Below are positions 18,331-26,905 of a stretch of DNA of 64,000 bases, in pieces (position 1 is the first letter of the stretch; every line of letters begins with the position of its first letter). The DNA lies in NCBI GenBank assembly GCA_030646915.1, contig JAUSKT010000012.1, positions 4,663-68,662 of the forward strand, given 5' to 3'. Under the pieces are notes generated by a model. The model did not search any database. It saw only the letters and a program-made list of their open reading frames with translations, and was not told the DNA's origin. The stretch comes from a bacterium (lineage in GTDB: Bacteria > Patescibacteriota > Minisyncoccia > UBA6257 > 02-FULL-45-10c). The position numbers and the translations under genes are program-made.

Positions 18331-19557
18331 TTAACTTGCTTCTCCGTAAGCAACTTCTTTTTGGGGAATAAGTCTTGGATCGGTCGGCAAAGTAAAATGG
18401 AAAGTTGTGCCCCTTCCCATCACCGACTCCACCCAAACTTGTCCGCCATGCCTCCGGATAATATTTTTTACAATATAAAGCCCAAGTCCGGAACCTTCGG
18501 TCGCTTTGGTAATAACATTCTCCGCTCTGAAAAACTTACCAAAAAGCTTGTCCATTGCATCTTCCGGAATGCCTAAACCGGTATCGGAAATATTAACCTG
18601 AATAAAAGGGGCATCTGACCGGCGTTCAACGCTAAGAATAACTTGTCCGCTTGGCACATTATATTTGATTCCATTTTCCAAAAGATTGGAAACTGCGAGC
18701 CCTAATTTTTCCGAATCAACTTCCAGAAGAATCTGCGATTCCTGCGGGGGTTCCATATAAACTTTCACATTGTATTCTTTAGCTACTAAATCAGCCTGAT
18801 CCAAAATTGACTGTAAGAATTTCACTAAATCAATTTTTTGGAAATTATATCCAAACTTCCCTTCTTCAATTTTAGAAACATTCAGTAAATCTTCAACGAT
18901 TTTTAAAAGATTGCCGGAAGCAGCCAGGCCAGTATCCACTAATTCCTTCTGGCCGTCGCTTAAAGTTTCATTTTTTAAAGATTGGAACGTCCAGCTTACG
19001 GCAGAAAGCGGGGTCCGGAGCTGATGCGCCGCCACGGTAATAAAATCATTTTTAGATTTTATTAACTCTGCTTCCCTGGTGTGGTCGCTGACAATTTTTA
19101 AAAAACCAACTGCTTGTTTAGCCTCATTTAAAACCCGGTCAGTAATAACCCTAAGTTCCAGCCTTGGATTATCAAAAGAAATATCCACTACCTGCGGATA
19201 AACTCCCTCCGGAGACTGGCGAACTACTAAGGGAGCGAGGGATTGAAAAACGGTTTTTGCTAAAATTTCCAGTTTAGGATTCTTAATGCTTTCCGGAGAT
19301 AATTTCTGTCCGATAATTTCTTTTGCCGATAAATTAAAAATTGCTTCGGCGCCGCTATTGAAAATTTGGATTGTAAAATCTTGGTCGTATAAAATTACCC
19401 CGTCGCTCATACTGGCAATAATATTTTCCAGCTTTAATTTTTCTGCCTTAAATTTACCCAGCTCCTTAACTTGATCGCCGGCTTTGATAAATAAAAACAC
19501 TGCCGCGCTTCCGGCGATTAAAGTTAAAATTATTAATACAAAATTCAAAATCATCAT
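18331..19557 (-). CDS. Sensor histidine kinase (TM + PAS + HisKA + HATPase_c)
   Basis: 408 aa with the H-box AAHQLRTPL, plus N, G1 and G2 boxes (NLLENGIKYN, DTGLGI, GSGLGL). No adjacent response regulator. Confidence 0.9.
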   Translation of the reverse strand: MMILNFVLIILTLIAGSAAVFLFIKAGDQVKELGKFKAEKLKLENIIASMSDGVILYDQDFTIQIFNSGAEAIFNLSAKEIIGQKLSPESIKNPKLEILAKTVFQSLAPLVVRQSPEGVYPQVVDISFDNPRLELRVITDRVLNEAKQAVGFLKIVSDHTREAELIKSKNDFITVAAHQLRTPLSAVSWTFQSLKNETLSDGQKELVDTGLAASGNLLKIVEDLLNVSKIEEGKFGYNFQKIDLVKFLQSILDQADLVAKEYNVKVYMEPPQESQILLEVDSEKLGLAVSNLLENGIKYNVPSGQVILSVERRSDAPFIQVNISDTGLGIPEDAMDKLFGKFFRAENVITKATEGSGLGLYIVKNIIRRHGGQVWVESVMGRGTTFHFTLPTDPRLIPQKEVAYGEAS

Positions 19558-19568
19558 TTAAATAGGTT

Positions 19569-21047
19569 TTAGTTTAAATCTCCCCAATTCTTTCCAATTT
19601 TCACATTAACTCTTATAGGAACTTCAATTTCATAAACGCCCTCCATTAAGCGCTGAATGAGCTTGGTTGCTTCTTTTATTATATCATCGCTCATCTCAAA
19701 TATCAGTTCATCGTGAATGGTAAGAAGCATTCTTACTTTATCCTCCCATTTTCTTTTCTTAATCTCTTCAGCAATTTTCACCATGGCCATTTTAATAATA
19801 TCCGCTGCCAGTCCCTGCACCGGCATATTAATTGCTGCCCGCTCTGCCTCGGCCGCCTCGCCGCGGAACGTTGAAGTGGCTTCCAATAGCCAGCGTCTAC
19901 GGCCATTTAAATTAGTAACATAACCATGAGTTCTTGCCTGCGATTTTATTTCTTCCTGCCATTCTTTAATTTTTTTAAAGTCATTGAAATATTCTTCAAT
20001 AAACTTTTTTGCTTCGGAAAAATTCAGTCCGCTGGTTTTAGAAAAGGCGATCGCGCCCATTCCATAAACCACGCCGAAATTTAAAGTTTTTGCGAGCCGC
20101 CGCATTTCTGGCGTAACTTTTTCAAGCGGAACATTAAACACATTCGCCGCAGTCAATTTATGAATATCCAAATCATTATTAAAAGCTTCAATCATTTTTG
20201 GGTCGCCAGAAAGCGAAGCGAGAACTCGGAGCTCAATTTGAGAATAATCAAAAGAAGCTAGTTGGTATCCTTTTTCTGAAATAAAAGTCTGGCGCAATTT
20301 AGTCGCCCAATCGCTTCCAGTTGGGATATTCTGCAAATTTGGATTTTGCGAACTCAATCTTCCAGTAGAGGTTCCAGTTTGGATATAAGTTGTATGCACT
20401 CGCGCATCCTTATCTATTAGGTCTTGAAGTGGGCGGACATAAGTAGATTGCAATTTAAAAAGTTCCCGATATTCTAAAAGGTATTTTACAATCGGGTGAC
20501 GATTTTGAATCGTCATCAAAGTTCCTATATCAGTGGAGATTGCTCCGCCCCGGGTTTTTTTAACTCCAGTAATATCTATTTTTAAACTCTGAAATAAAAT
20601 CTGGCCGAGTTGTTTTGGTGAATTAATATTAAAAGTTTTTCCGGCTTCTTTATAAATGGCTTTTGTGAGTTTTTGCAGCTGGCCACCTAAATCCTTATCT
20701 AAACTCTTTAGACTTTGGACTTTTGACTTTATGCCTCTAATTTCCATATCTGCCAATACTTCCGCAAGCGGCATTTCTACATCATAAAAAAGCTTTTCTA
20801 ATTTATATTCTTTTAGCTTTTTTTGAGCGAATTTATAAAGCTCTTCATTACTCGCCCGCTCTTTGTGGAAAAATTTCTTACTTAAATATTCCGATGTATA
20901 TTCTTCCTCGTCCGGATTTATAAGCCAAAAAGCAACCCCTAGGTCAAAATAATCTTTTGGCAATTTTCCTGCCCTGAGCCCAGCCGAAGGGTTGCCTTCT
21001 TTTTTCAACTCCTTAAATTTTTCTTTAAGATTGAAATCAATTAGCAT
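19569..21047 (-). CDS. polA: DNA polymerase I, polymerase domain only
   Basis: 492 aa with family A motifs (DYSQIELRVLA, RRLAKTLNFGVVYG, QGLAADIIK..HDE). The start ATG directly follows the TAA of the 5'-3' exonuclease ORF in the same frame. Confidence 0.9.
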   Translation of the reverse strand: MLIDFNLKEKFKELKKEGNPSAGLRAGKLPKDYFDLGVAFWLINPDEEEYTSEYLSKKFFHKERASNEELYKFAQKKLKEYKLEKLFYDVEMPLAEVLADMEIRGIKSKVQSLKSLDKDLGGQLQKLTKAIYKEAGKTFNINSPKQLGQILFQSLKIDITGVKKTRGGAISTDIGTLMTIQNRHPIVKYLLEYRELFKLQSTYVRPLQDLIDKDARVHTTYIQTGTSTGRLSSQNPNLQNIPTGSDWATKLRQTFISEKGYQLASFDYSQIELRVLASLSGDPKMIEAFNNDLDIHKLTAANVFNVPLEKVTPEMRRLAKTLNFGVVYGMGAIAFSKTSGLNFSEAKKFIEEYFNDFKKIKEWQEEIKSQARTHGYVTNLNGRRRWLLEATSTFRGEAAEAERAAINMPVQGLAADIIKMAMVKIAEEIKKRKWEDKVRMLLTIHDELIFEMSDDIIKEATKLIQRLMEGVYEIEVPIRVNVKIGKNWGDLN

Positions 21048-21938
21048 TTACAATCTTTCAACTAATGATTTAAAACCCAATTCTTCAAAATATTTTTTAA
21101 GTCCATCTTTGTCTGGCGTCTCTTGTTTTAAATCGGCCAAAGTTAATTCTAATGGCACGTCCCGTTTTATCATTGCCAGTTTTTTTGATAAAAAAGCGCT
21201 TTCGCGGTTTTTTTCCAGTTTTTCTTGCAAAACTTTTTTTGGAATCAGACCGACTTCTTCATAAATTTTTTCCACTGATCCGTATTCCTTGATTAAATCT
21301 GTCGCGCCTTTCGGGCCAATGCCATTAACGCCAGGAATATTATCCGATACATCGCCGACTAAAGCTTTATAATCCACTAATTGTTCCGGTGAAAATCCGT
21401 ATTCCTGCAAAAATAAAACTTTATCATAAGAAATGGTCTTACTGACGCCGGTTCTTAAAAGCTCGACAATAACTTTATTATCATCAACCAATTGCAAATT
21501 ATCTTTGTCGCCAGAGAAAATGATAACTTTGAGTTCAAAGTTATCACCCTGAGCCCGCCGAAGGGTTCCCGAATCTTTAAACATTTCGGCTAAAGTTCCT
21601 ACAATATCATCTGCTTCAAAACCGGCTTTTTCCACCACTTTAATTCCAAATTTCTCAAAAGTATTGTGCGCTTCATGAAGCTGAGAAATCAATTCATTAG
21701 CAGTCGGCGGACGATGGGCTTTATATTCTTTATACATTTCCTTGCGAAAAGTCGGTTCTGGCCGGTCAAAGGCAGCGGCCGTATAATCCGGCTGATGTTC
21801 GCGCAAAATCTTTAAAAGAATGCTGGAAAGCCCATAAACTGCATTAATCGGTTCGCCCCTGGGAGTCGTCAGCGGCGGAAGCGCATGAAAAGAGCGGTGA
21901 ATCAAGGAGTTTGCGTCAATTAAAAGAAGTTTTTTCAT
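21048..21938 (-). CDS. 5'-3' exonuclease (FEN-like N-terminal domain of Pol I) as a separate ORF
   Basis: 296 aa with LLLIDANSLIHRSFHA, GFEADDIVGT and GDKDNLQL motifs plus an HhH region. Confidence 0.9.
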   Translation of the reverse strand: MKKLLLIDANSLIHRSFHALPPLTTPRGEPINAVYGLSSILLKILREHQPDYTAAAFDRPEPTFRKEMYKEYKAHRPPTANELISQLHEAHNTFEKFGIKVVEKAGFEADDIVGTLAEMFKDSGTLRRAQGDNFELKVIIFSGDKDNLQLVDDNKVIVELLRTGVSKTISYDKVLFLQEYGFSPEQLVDYKALVGDVSDNIPGVNGIGPKGATDLIKEYGSVEKIYEEVGLIPKKVLQEKLEKNRESAFLSKKLAMIKRDVPLELTLADLKQETPDKDGLKKYFEELGFKSLVERL

Positions 21939-22043
21939 CCCGTTTAGAAAATTAAAATAAGTGTCTTGCCGACTAAATACTTCCGATAGTGCTCTATAAA
22001 ATTTTTATTGCGATTAAACATGGTTATTAATTTTCTAACGGGA
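21938..22043 (-). mobile_element. TIR element, long subfamily A (106 nt), on the 5'-3' exonuclease start codon
   Basis: TIRs are intact and the TGAA duplication is at 21934-21937 and 22044-22047 (gene sense). A 34-codon internal frame starts at ATG 22046-22048, which overlaps the tsaE stop TGA. Confidence 0.85.
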
Positions 22044-22047
22044 TTCA

Positions 22048-22512
22048 TCACATTTCTATTATACGCTCTTTTTCGTTTTTGCCGTGCTTAAAATTAAGCA
22101 AAATCATATTTTTAGGCAAAATCTTTTTTGCTCTTTCCGGCCATTCAATTAAAACTATTACGCGCGGATCTTTAAGTATTTTTTTAAATCCTAAATCTAA
22201 AAGCTCTTTGGGCTTATTTATTCTGTATAAATCCAGATGATAAACATTAAAGAACATTTGACTTTTGACTTTTGACTTTTGACTTTTTAATTTATATTTC
22301 CTGCATATCACGAAGGTTGGGCTGGTAATCCGATTTTTCACGCCAAGCGCTTTCATAAAACCCTGCACGAAAGTAGTTTTCCCAGCGCCAAGTTCTCCGC
22401 GAAGAGCGACAATAGTAGCACCTCGTACTTGTTGTAAATGGCGAGCTTTTAATATTTTATTTACTAAGCCAACCGCTAACTTTTGAGTTTGGGTTTTGGA
22501 TTTACTTATCAT
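22048..22512 (-). CDS. tsaE: tRNA t6A biosynthesis ATPase TsaE (YjeE)
   Basis: 154 aa with the P-loop GELGAGKTTF and SPTF...YHLDLYRI. Contains a heptanucleotide tandem repeat at 22254-22288. Confidence 0.85.
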   Translation of the reverse strand: MISKSKTQTQKLAVGLVNKILKARHLQQVRGATIVALRGELGAGKTTFVQGFMKALGVKNRITSPTFVICRKYKLKSQKSKVKSQMFFNVYHLDLYRINKPKELLDLGFKKILKDPRVIVLIEWPERAKKILPKNMILLNFKHGKNEKERIIEM

Positions 22513-22534
22513 TAAAATAAGCTTATATCTAAAT

Positions 22535-23173
22535 TTATTTTTTAACTTTTTTAAAGCGATCTTCCAGTTCTTTCAGCCGCCGTTCGTCAAATTTAAAACT
22601 TTTTAGGGCTTGAAGTCCGGCAGTTAGGCGCTTTACGGTTTTAGTTTTATTAATTGAATCGGGGTCAGAATATCTTAATAATTTCTCCTCATTTTCTGTT
22701 AATGGCACCAGCTCGCCTTTTTCCATTGTTTTTGATTTTTTTAAAAGCTCTAGAGTTTCCAATTCATACTGCAATTCTTGAAAAGAATGTTCTAGCGCCT
22801 TCAGCCAATTTTCTTTATAAATTTGATCCCATAATTTTCTTTTTGATTCAGAATCCAAATCGTCTTTGGCATCCAAAAATTCACGGATAGAATTTTCTAA
22901 TTCGGCTTGTTTTTGAAAATCATCCATTTCATATTCCTCAGGCTTTTCATCTCTCTTTTGCCCACTATCTAGAGAAAACATTTTTATAAATCCGTCTAAA
23001 TCTAAACCCAATAAAGAGTCTTTAAATTTCTCCATTTTTTTCATAGACATAGATTCTTTCTTCAATTCTTCCCTAACGAGTTCTGATTTTTTTTCTAAAA
23101 GCCCGCGCAATTTTGCTAACGGATCTTCTTTTTTATTTTGTTCCGGTAATGGAATCTGTTCTGGTGATGTCAT
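22535..23173 (-). CDS. Hypothetical coiled-coil protein
   Basis: 212-aa charged, helical ORF. Its start overlaps the ruvB stop. Confidence 0.45.
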   Translation of the reverse strand: MTSPEQIPLPEQNKKEDPLAKLRGLLEKKSELVREELKKESMSMKKMEKFKDSLLGLDLDGFIKMFSLDSGQKRDEKPEEYEMDDFQKQAELENSIREFLDAKDDLDSESKRKLWDQIYKENWLKALEHSFQELQYELETLELLKKSKTMEKGELVPLTENEEKLLRYSDPDSINKTKTVKRLTAGLQALKSFKFDERRLKELEDRFKKVKK

Positions 23174-24189
23174 AAAAGTCCGCCTTCATCTTTTTGTTTA
23201 ATTCCCAGGTGCTTATAAGCCGCTGGCGTAACCAAGCGCCCGGCCGGCGTACGGTTTAAAAGACCGATACTCATTAAATACGGCTCATAGACATCCTCAA
23301 TAATTCCCCGGTCATCATTAAGTGCTGCGGCTAAAGTCTGGATGCCCACTGGTCCGCCGCGGAATTTTTCAATAATAATAGTCAAAAGCTGTCGGTCGGT
23401 CGGCTCCAAGCCAAGATGATCAATTTCAAGCATTGCCATAGTTTCTTGGGCGGCTTCTTCAGTAACCTCTTTTAAATTATTAACCTCTGCATAATCCCGA
23501 ACCCGGCGCAAAATGCGATTGGCAACTCTCGGAGTAAATCGGGAGGCTTTGGCAATTATATTAACAGCCGAATCTGCAACTTTCATTCCTAAAAGCCTGG
23601 CTGATCGCCGGACAATTGCTTCAATATCAGCTACTTCGTAATAATCTAGCTTAAAAGAGGCGCCAAAACGGGAACGAAGCGGGCCGGAAAGTAAATTCGC
23701 GCGGGTCGTAGCGGCAATTAAAGTAAATGGTGGGAGGTCTAAGGATAGAGTTCGCGCGCCCGGACCCTTGCCAACTATCAAATGCAACTTTCTCGATTCC
23801 AGCGCTGGATATAAAACTTCTTCAATTTGGCGATTCAACCGATGCGCCTCGTCAATAAATAAAATCTCTCCTTTGTCTAAATTGCTTAAAATAGCGGCGA
23901 GATCTCCCATCTTTTCCATTGTCGGTCCGGAAGTAATTTTAAAGCTTGCGCCCATTTCTTTTGCCACTAAATGCGCCAATGTAGTTTTTCCTAAGCCCGC
24001 CTGGCCATAAAATAAAAGATGATCGGCTGGCTCGCTCCGTTTTTTGGCAGCATCCAAAATTACACGCAAGTTTTTCTTTACTTTTTCCTGTCCGACGTAA
24101 TCACCCCACTGGGTCGGTCGAAGCGCCAAATCAATGTGCGTGTCGTCTTCAGTTTTATCAGTTTTAGCTGTAATTTTCTTTAATTCCAT
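23170..24189 (-). CDS. ruvB: Holliday junction helicase RuvB
   Basis: Walker A GQAGLGKTT, Walker B LFIDEAHRL and a winged-helix C-terminus. The start is set at MELKKITAK (24189). The track start at 24246 lies inside the repeat element. Confidence 0.93.
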   Translation of the reverse strand: MELKKITAKTDKTEDDTHIDLALRPTQWGDYVGQEKVKKNLRVILDAAKKRSEPADHLLFYGQAGLGKTTLAHLVAKEMGASFKITSGPTMEKMGDLAAILSNLDKGEILFIDEAHRLNRQIEEVLYPALESRKLHLIVGKGPGARTLSLDLPPFTLIAATTRANLLSGPLRSRFGASFKLDYYEVADIEAIVRRSARLLGMKVADSAVNIIAKASRFTPRVANRILRRVRDYAEVNNLKEVTEEAAQETMAMLEIDHLGLEPTDRQLLTIIIEKFRGGPVGIQTLAAALNDDRGIIEDVYEPYLMSIGLLNRTPAGRLVTPAAYKHLGIKQKDEGGLL

Positions 24190-24297
24190 CCCGTTTAGAA
24201 AAATAAATAATAATATCTTGTAACTAAAAAGCTTCCTATAATGCAATTATAATATTTTGACTTATTTATTGATACGGCTGTTATTTTTCTAACGGGA
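24189..24297 (-). mobile_element. TIR element, long subfamily B (109 nt), on the ruvB start codon
   Basis: Ends tcccgttagaaaaataa...ttatttttctaaacggga, with the TGGA duplication at 24185-24188 and 24298-24301 (gene sense). A 35-codon internal frame ends at a TAA 5 nt before the ruvB ATG. Confidence 0.85.
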
Positions 24298-24316
24298 TCC
24301 ATAAAATTTATTTAAC

Positions 24317-24345
24317 TTGACAGTTTAATTCTTTTATGCTATACT
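24317..24345 (+). promoter_or_regulatory. Strong sigma70-type promoter (extended -10) driving a non-coding transcript
   Basis: TTGACA (24317-24322), 17-nt spacer, TGcTATACT (-10 at 24340-24345). Confidence 0.6.
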
Positions 24346-24351
24346 ACTTAT

Positions 24352-24527
24352 AATCTTTGACTTTGGTATAGAAAGCTTTGTTCTGTGGGCGGGAATTACT
24401 TCTATATGGATGACTTGGCTCAGGCGAGGTCACTCCTTAGAATAATTCTAACCTTTTCTAAAATTTATTTTAGGAAAGTTCCACTTTTTCCCTGACGGGA
24501 TTTTTGCCCACAGAACAAAACTTTTTA
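24352..24527 (+). ncRNA. Candidate structured sRNA (about 175 nt), family unknown
   Basis: Lies downstream of the promoter. A 16-bp closing helix pairs gctttgttctgtgggc (24375-24390) with gcccacagaacaaaac (24506-24521) and is followed by a T-run. There are two internal hairpins (24393-24447, 24450-24480). No ORF is present, and it is antisense to both flanking genes. Confidence 0.45.
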
Positions 24528-24543
24528 TTAATAAGTTACTGTT

Positions 24544-26220
24544 TCATAATTCCAAAGCACCAGTTACTTTTTCGACCTCATCTAACGTAGTAACTCCGCT
24601 CATAACTTTTAAAATTCCGTCTTGCTGCATAGTGGCCATTCCTTCTTTCAGTGCAAATTCTTGGATTTCAATTTCTCCAGCCTCCTTATTCATAAGGAGT
24701 TCAATTTCTTTGGAAATCTGCATTAATTCATAAATCGCAATTCTGCCCTTATATCCGGAATTACCGCAATTCACGCAGCCTTTTGGTTTATAAATAAAAA
24801 TTTTTTCATAATCTTTTTTATCCACCCTCTCCGGCAAAGATTTTAATAATTTTTCCAATTTTATTTTTAATTCGGAATCTAATTTATCAGCAACTTTGCA
24901 TTTTTCGCACAAACGCTTAACCAGCCGTTGAGCAATCACCAAATTCAAAGCCGGACCGATACTATTCGGCTTTACTCCAAGATCAATAAGCCTGGGTATC
25001 GCGCCAGCCGCCCCATTGGCGTGAACAGTGGAAAAAACCAGATGGCCGGTAAGCGCCGCTTGAATTGCAATTTCTGCGGTTTCTTTATCCCGAACCTCGC
25101 CGATTAAAATAACGTCCGGATCCTGCCGCATCAAAGACCGGAGGCCGTTTACAAAAGTATAATTAGCTTCCGGATCAACCTGAGTCTGTTCAATCCCATC
25201 CAAATGATATTCAATCGGATCTTCAATGGTAATGATTTTTATATCTGAAGAGTTTTTGTGTTTTAAAAAGGCGTAAAGCGTGGTGGTTTTACCAGACCCA
25301 GTCGGGCCGGTATTTAAAACCATTCCATTCGGCCGTTTTAATTCCGCTTCAATTATTTTTAAATCGTCTTTTCGAAGGCCAAGGTCGGGCAAGCTTAAAT
25401 TAATCGCGTCCGGATCCAAAACCCGCATTACGATAACTTCTCCAAATTCCGATGGCGCCACCGCTACCCGGATTTCAATTTCTTTTTTTCCAAGGCCAAT
25501 GGTAAATCTCCCGTCTTGCGCTTCGTCTCGGACATTCAATTTTAAATTAGAAAGCAGTTTAATCCGCGAAGCTACGTGGAAATAATTTACGGATTTAAGA
25601 TCGTCTAAAACATCGTGTAAATCTCCGTCAATCCGATAACGAATCCTCGTTGCGGATTTAATCGGTTCAAAATGGATATCCGAAGCGCGGTTGCTTAAAG
25701 CGCCGGCTAAAATGATTTCTAAAATCTGAGCAGTGGAAAATTTTTTAAAATCAAAGTTTTCAATTTCTTCTTTAACCAATTCCAGCTTGGTTAATTTTTT
25801 AATCAGCCCCTCCACCCTTTCTTTATCAACATCAATCCGGCCGGTAATCGGTCCGGTTTTTTTTGTAACATATTTATAAAAATCCCAGGCTCGCTTGAGG
25901 CTAGTTAAAGAAACAACAAAAATTTTAAGCTTTAAGCCTTTTTTATTTAAATCTTCAATTAAGGATTTAGTTTTGGGGGCGGTCGGATCTAGGGCTACAA
26001 AAACCACCCGATCAGCTTTTTTTTCAACAGTGGCAACCCTAAGTGCCCTGGCAGTTTCTTCCGCAATAAGTTCCAGCGCATCGGTTTCCACCGGCTGAGT
26101 TGCCAAATTAATATAGGAAAATCCTATTTTAATAGCGAGACGTTCTGCTTCCCGTTCTTCTGATTCGCGCCCCGTCTTTTCTAAAACCCTTTTTAAATTG
26201 TCCTGAGCCATTATTAACAA
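24544..26220 (-). CDS. Type II/IV secretion / type IV pilus assembly ATPase (GspE/PilB family)
   Basis: 558 aa with Walker A GPTGSGKTT, Asp and His boxes and a tetracysteine motif CEKC...CVNC. Confidence 0.9.
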   Translation of the reverse strand: MLIMAQDNLKRVLEKTGRESEEREAERLAIKIGFSYINLATQPVETDALELIAEETARALRVATVEKKADRVVFVALDPTAPKTKSLIEDLNKKGLKLKIFVVSLTSLKRAWDFYKYVTKKTGPITGRIDVDKERVEGLIKKLTKLELVKEEIENFDFKKFSTAQILEIILAGALSNRASDIHFEPIKSATRIRYRIDGDLHDVLDDLKSVNYFHVASRIKLLSNLKLNVRDEAQDGRFTIGLGKKEIEIRVAVAPSEFGEVIVMRVLDPDAINLSLPDLGLRKDDLKIIEAELKRPNGMVLNTGPTGSGKTTTLYAFLKHKNSSDIKIITIEDPIEYHLDGIEQTQVDPEANYTFVNGLRSLMRQDPDVILIGEVRDKETAEIAIQAALTGHLVFSTVHANGAAGAIPRLIDLGVKPNSIGPALNLVIAQRLVKRLCEKCKVADKLDSELKIKLEKLLKSLPERVDKKDYEKIFIYKPKGCVNCGNSGYKGRIAIYELMQISKEIELLMNKEAGEIEIQEFALKEGMATMQQDGILKVMSGVTTLDEVEKVTGALEL

Positions 26221-26274
26221 AATAGCTTATTGTTTACCCCTACACAAGTAAAAATGTGAATAAGCATCCTGGGA

Positions 26275-26303
26275 TTGACTTATTACATATAATTTGTTAT
26301 AAT
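26275..26303 (+). promoter_or_regulatory. Sigma70-type promoter for the GC-rich lipoprotein gene
   Basis: TTGACT (26275-26280), 17-nt spacer, TATAAT (26298-26303). Confidence 0.6.
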
Positions 26304-26332
26304 ATAAAAAGATCTGCTAAAGGAGGAATTAA

Positions 26333-26833
26333 ATGAAAAGAATGGTGCTGATGATCGGAATAGTGGCAGTGCTTGGAAGCGGCTGTGCCACGCTTCCGCA
26401 AGGAAGCCTGGTAACAGTCCGGACCACGGGATTCACGTTCTTCCAGTCAAAGATAACCGCCTACAACAACGCAGGCCAAAACGTGACAATCCAACCGTTC
26501 TCAAGCGAAAAAGGATTCGTGGCCGAATACCAACTTGGAAAACGGGACTGGGCGTGCCTGTGGCTCTGCCGTAAGAAGATTCCGACGAAGGTGTTCGTAC
26601 TCAGACACGGCGACCACCTCCGGATTCCGATGCAAATGAACATGACCGGCCAATATCGCCAGGAAAGCATCGGGCTCCTGATAAAAGAACGTGGGCGAAT
26701 AATTGGAGCATACAGCTACTGCGTATACGTTCCGTATGACCGCGCCATCACAGAAGACATCGTCTTCGGCCCGCAAGAGCTTGCGGAGCTGAAACAAGGA
26801 AACAGTGGACGGCCATGCCGAAGCGGATGGTAA
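26333..26833 (+). CDS. Hypothetical lipoprotein, in a GC-rich cassette
   Basis: 166 aa with lipobox LGSGCA and AAGGAGG upstream of the ATG. The GC-rich body gives long antisense ORFs. Confidence 0.7.
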   Translation: MKRMVLMIGIVAVLGSGCATLPQGSLVTVRTTGFTFFQSKITAYNNAGQNVTIQPFSSEKGFVAEYQLGKRDWACLWLCRKKIPTKVFVLRHGDHLRIPMQMNMTGQYRQESIGLLIKERGRIIGAYSYCVYVPYDRAITEDIVFGPQELAELKQGNSGRPCRSGW

Positions 26834-26843
26834 TCAACAAACT

Positions 26844-26882
26844 CCCCGCATATTATGAAAATAATATGCGGGGAATTTTTTT
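26844..26882 (+). terminator. Rho-independent terminator
   Basis: ccccgcatattat-gaaa-ataatatgcgggg followed by a T-run. Confidence 0.8.
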
Positions 26883-26905
26883 ATAAAATTCTGTATAATA
26901 GAAAT

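Noticed and set aside
24190-24246. N-terminal extension of ruvB (MHYRKLFSYKILLFIFLNG).
   Set aside because: It lies inside the subfamily B element. RuvB homology and all other long copies indicate that the ATG at the element edge (24189) is the start.
24352-24527. Assigning the structured regions (24352-24527, 47490-47695, 51541-51840) to 6S, SRP, RNase P or tmRNA.
   Set aside because: I could not find the conserved cores: the SRP GGAA-tetraloop helix 8 motif, the RNase P P4 GGAAAGUCC, or the tmRNA GGGGCUG...CCACCA ends. The sizes and topologies also do not fit. They are left as unknown.
26461-26797. Antisense ORFs inside the GC-rich lipoprotein gene.
   Set aside because: The reasoning is the same. 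The plus-strand ORF has the promoter, SD, lipobox and terminator.
26855-26905. Upstream starts proposed by the track for yebC (26855), ruvA (14720), the island beta-CASP gene (53616) and the NYN gene (61479).
   Set aside because: The yebC extension begins inside the terminator hairpin of the previous gene. The others add non-homologous hydrophobic or odd residues upstream of canonical N-termini, and for 53550 only the internal Met has an AAGGAGG.
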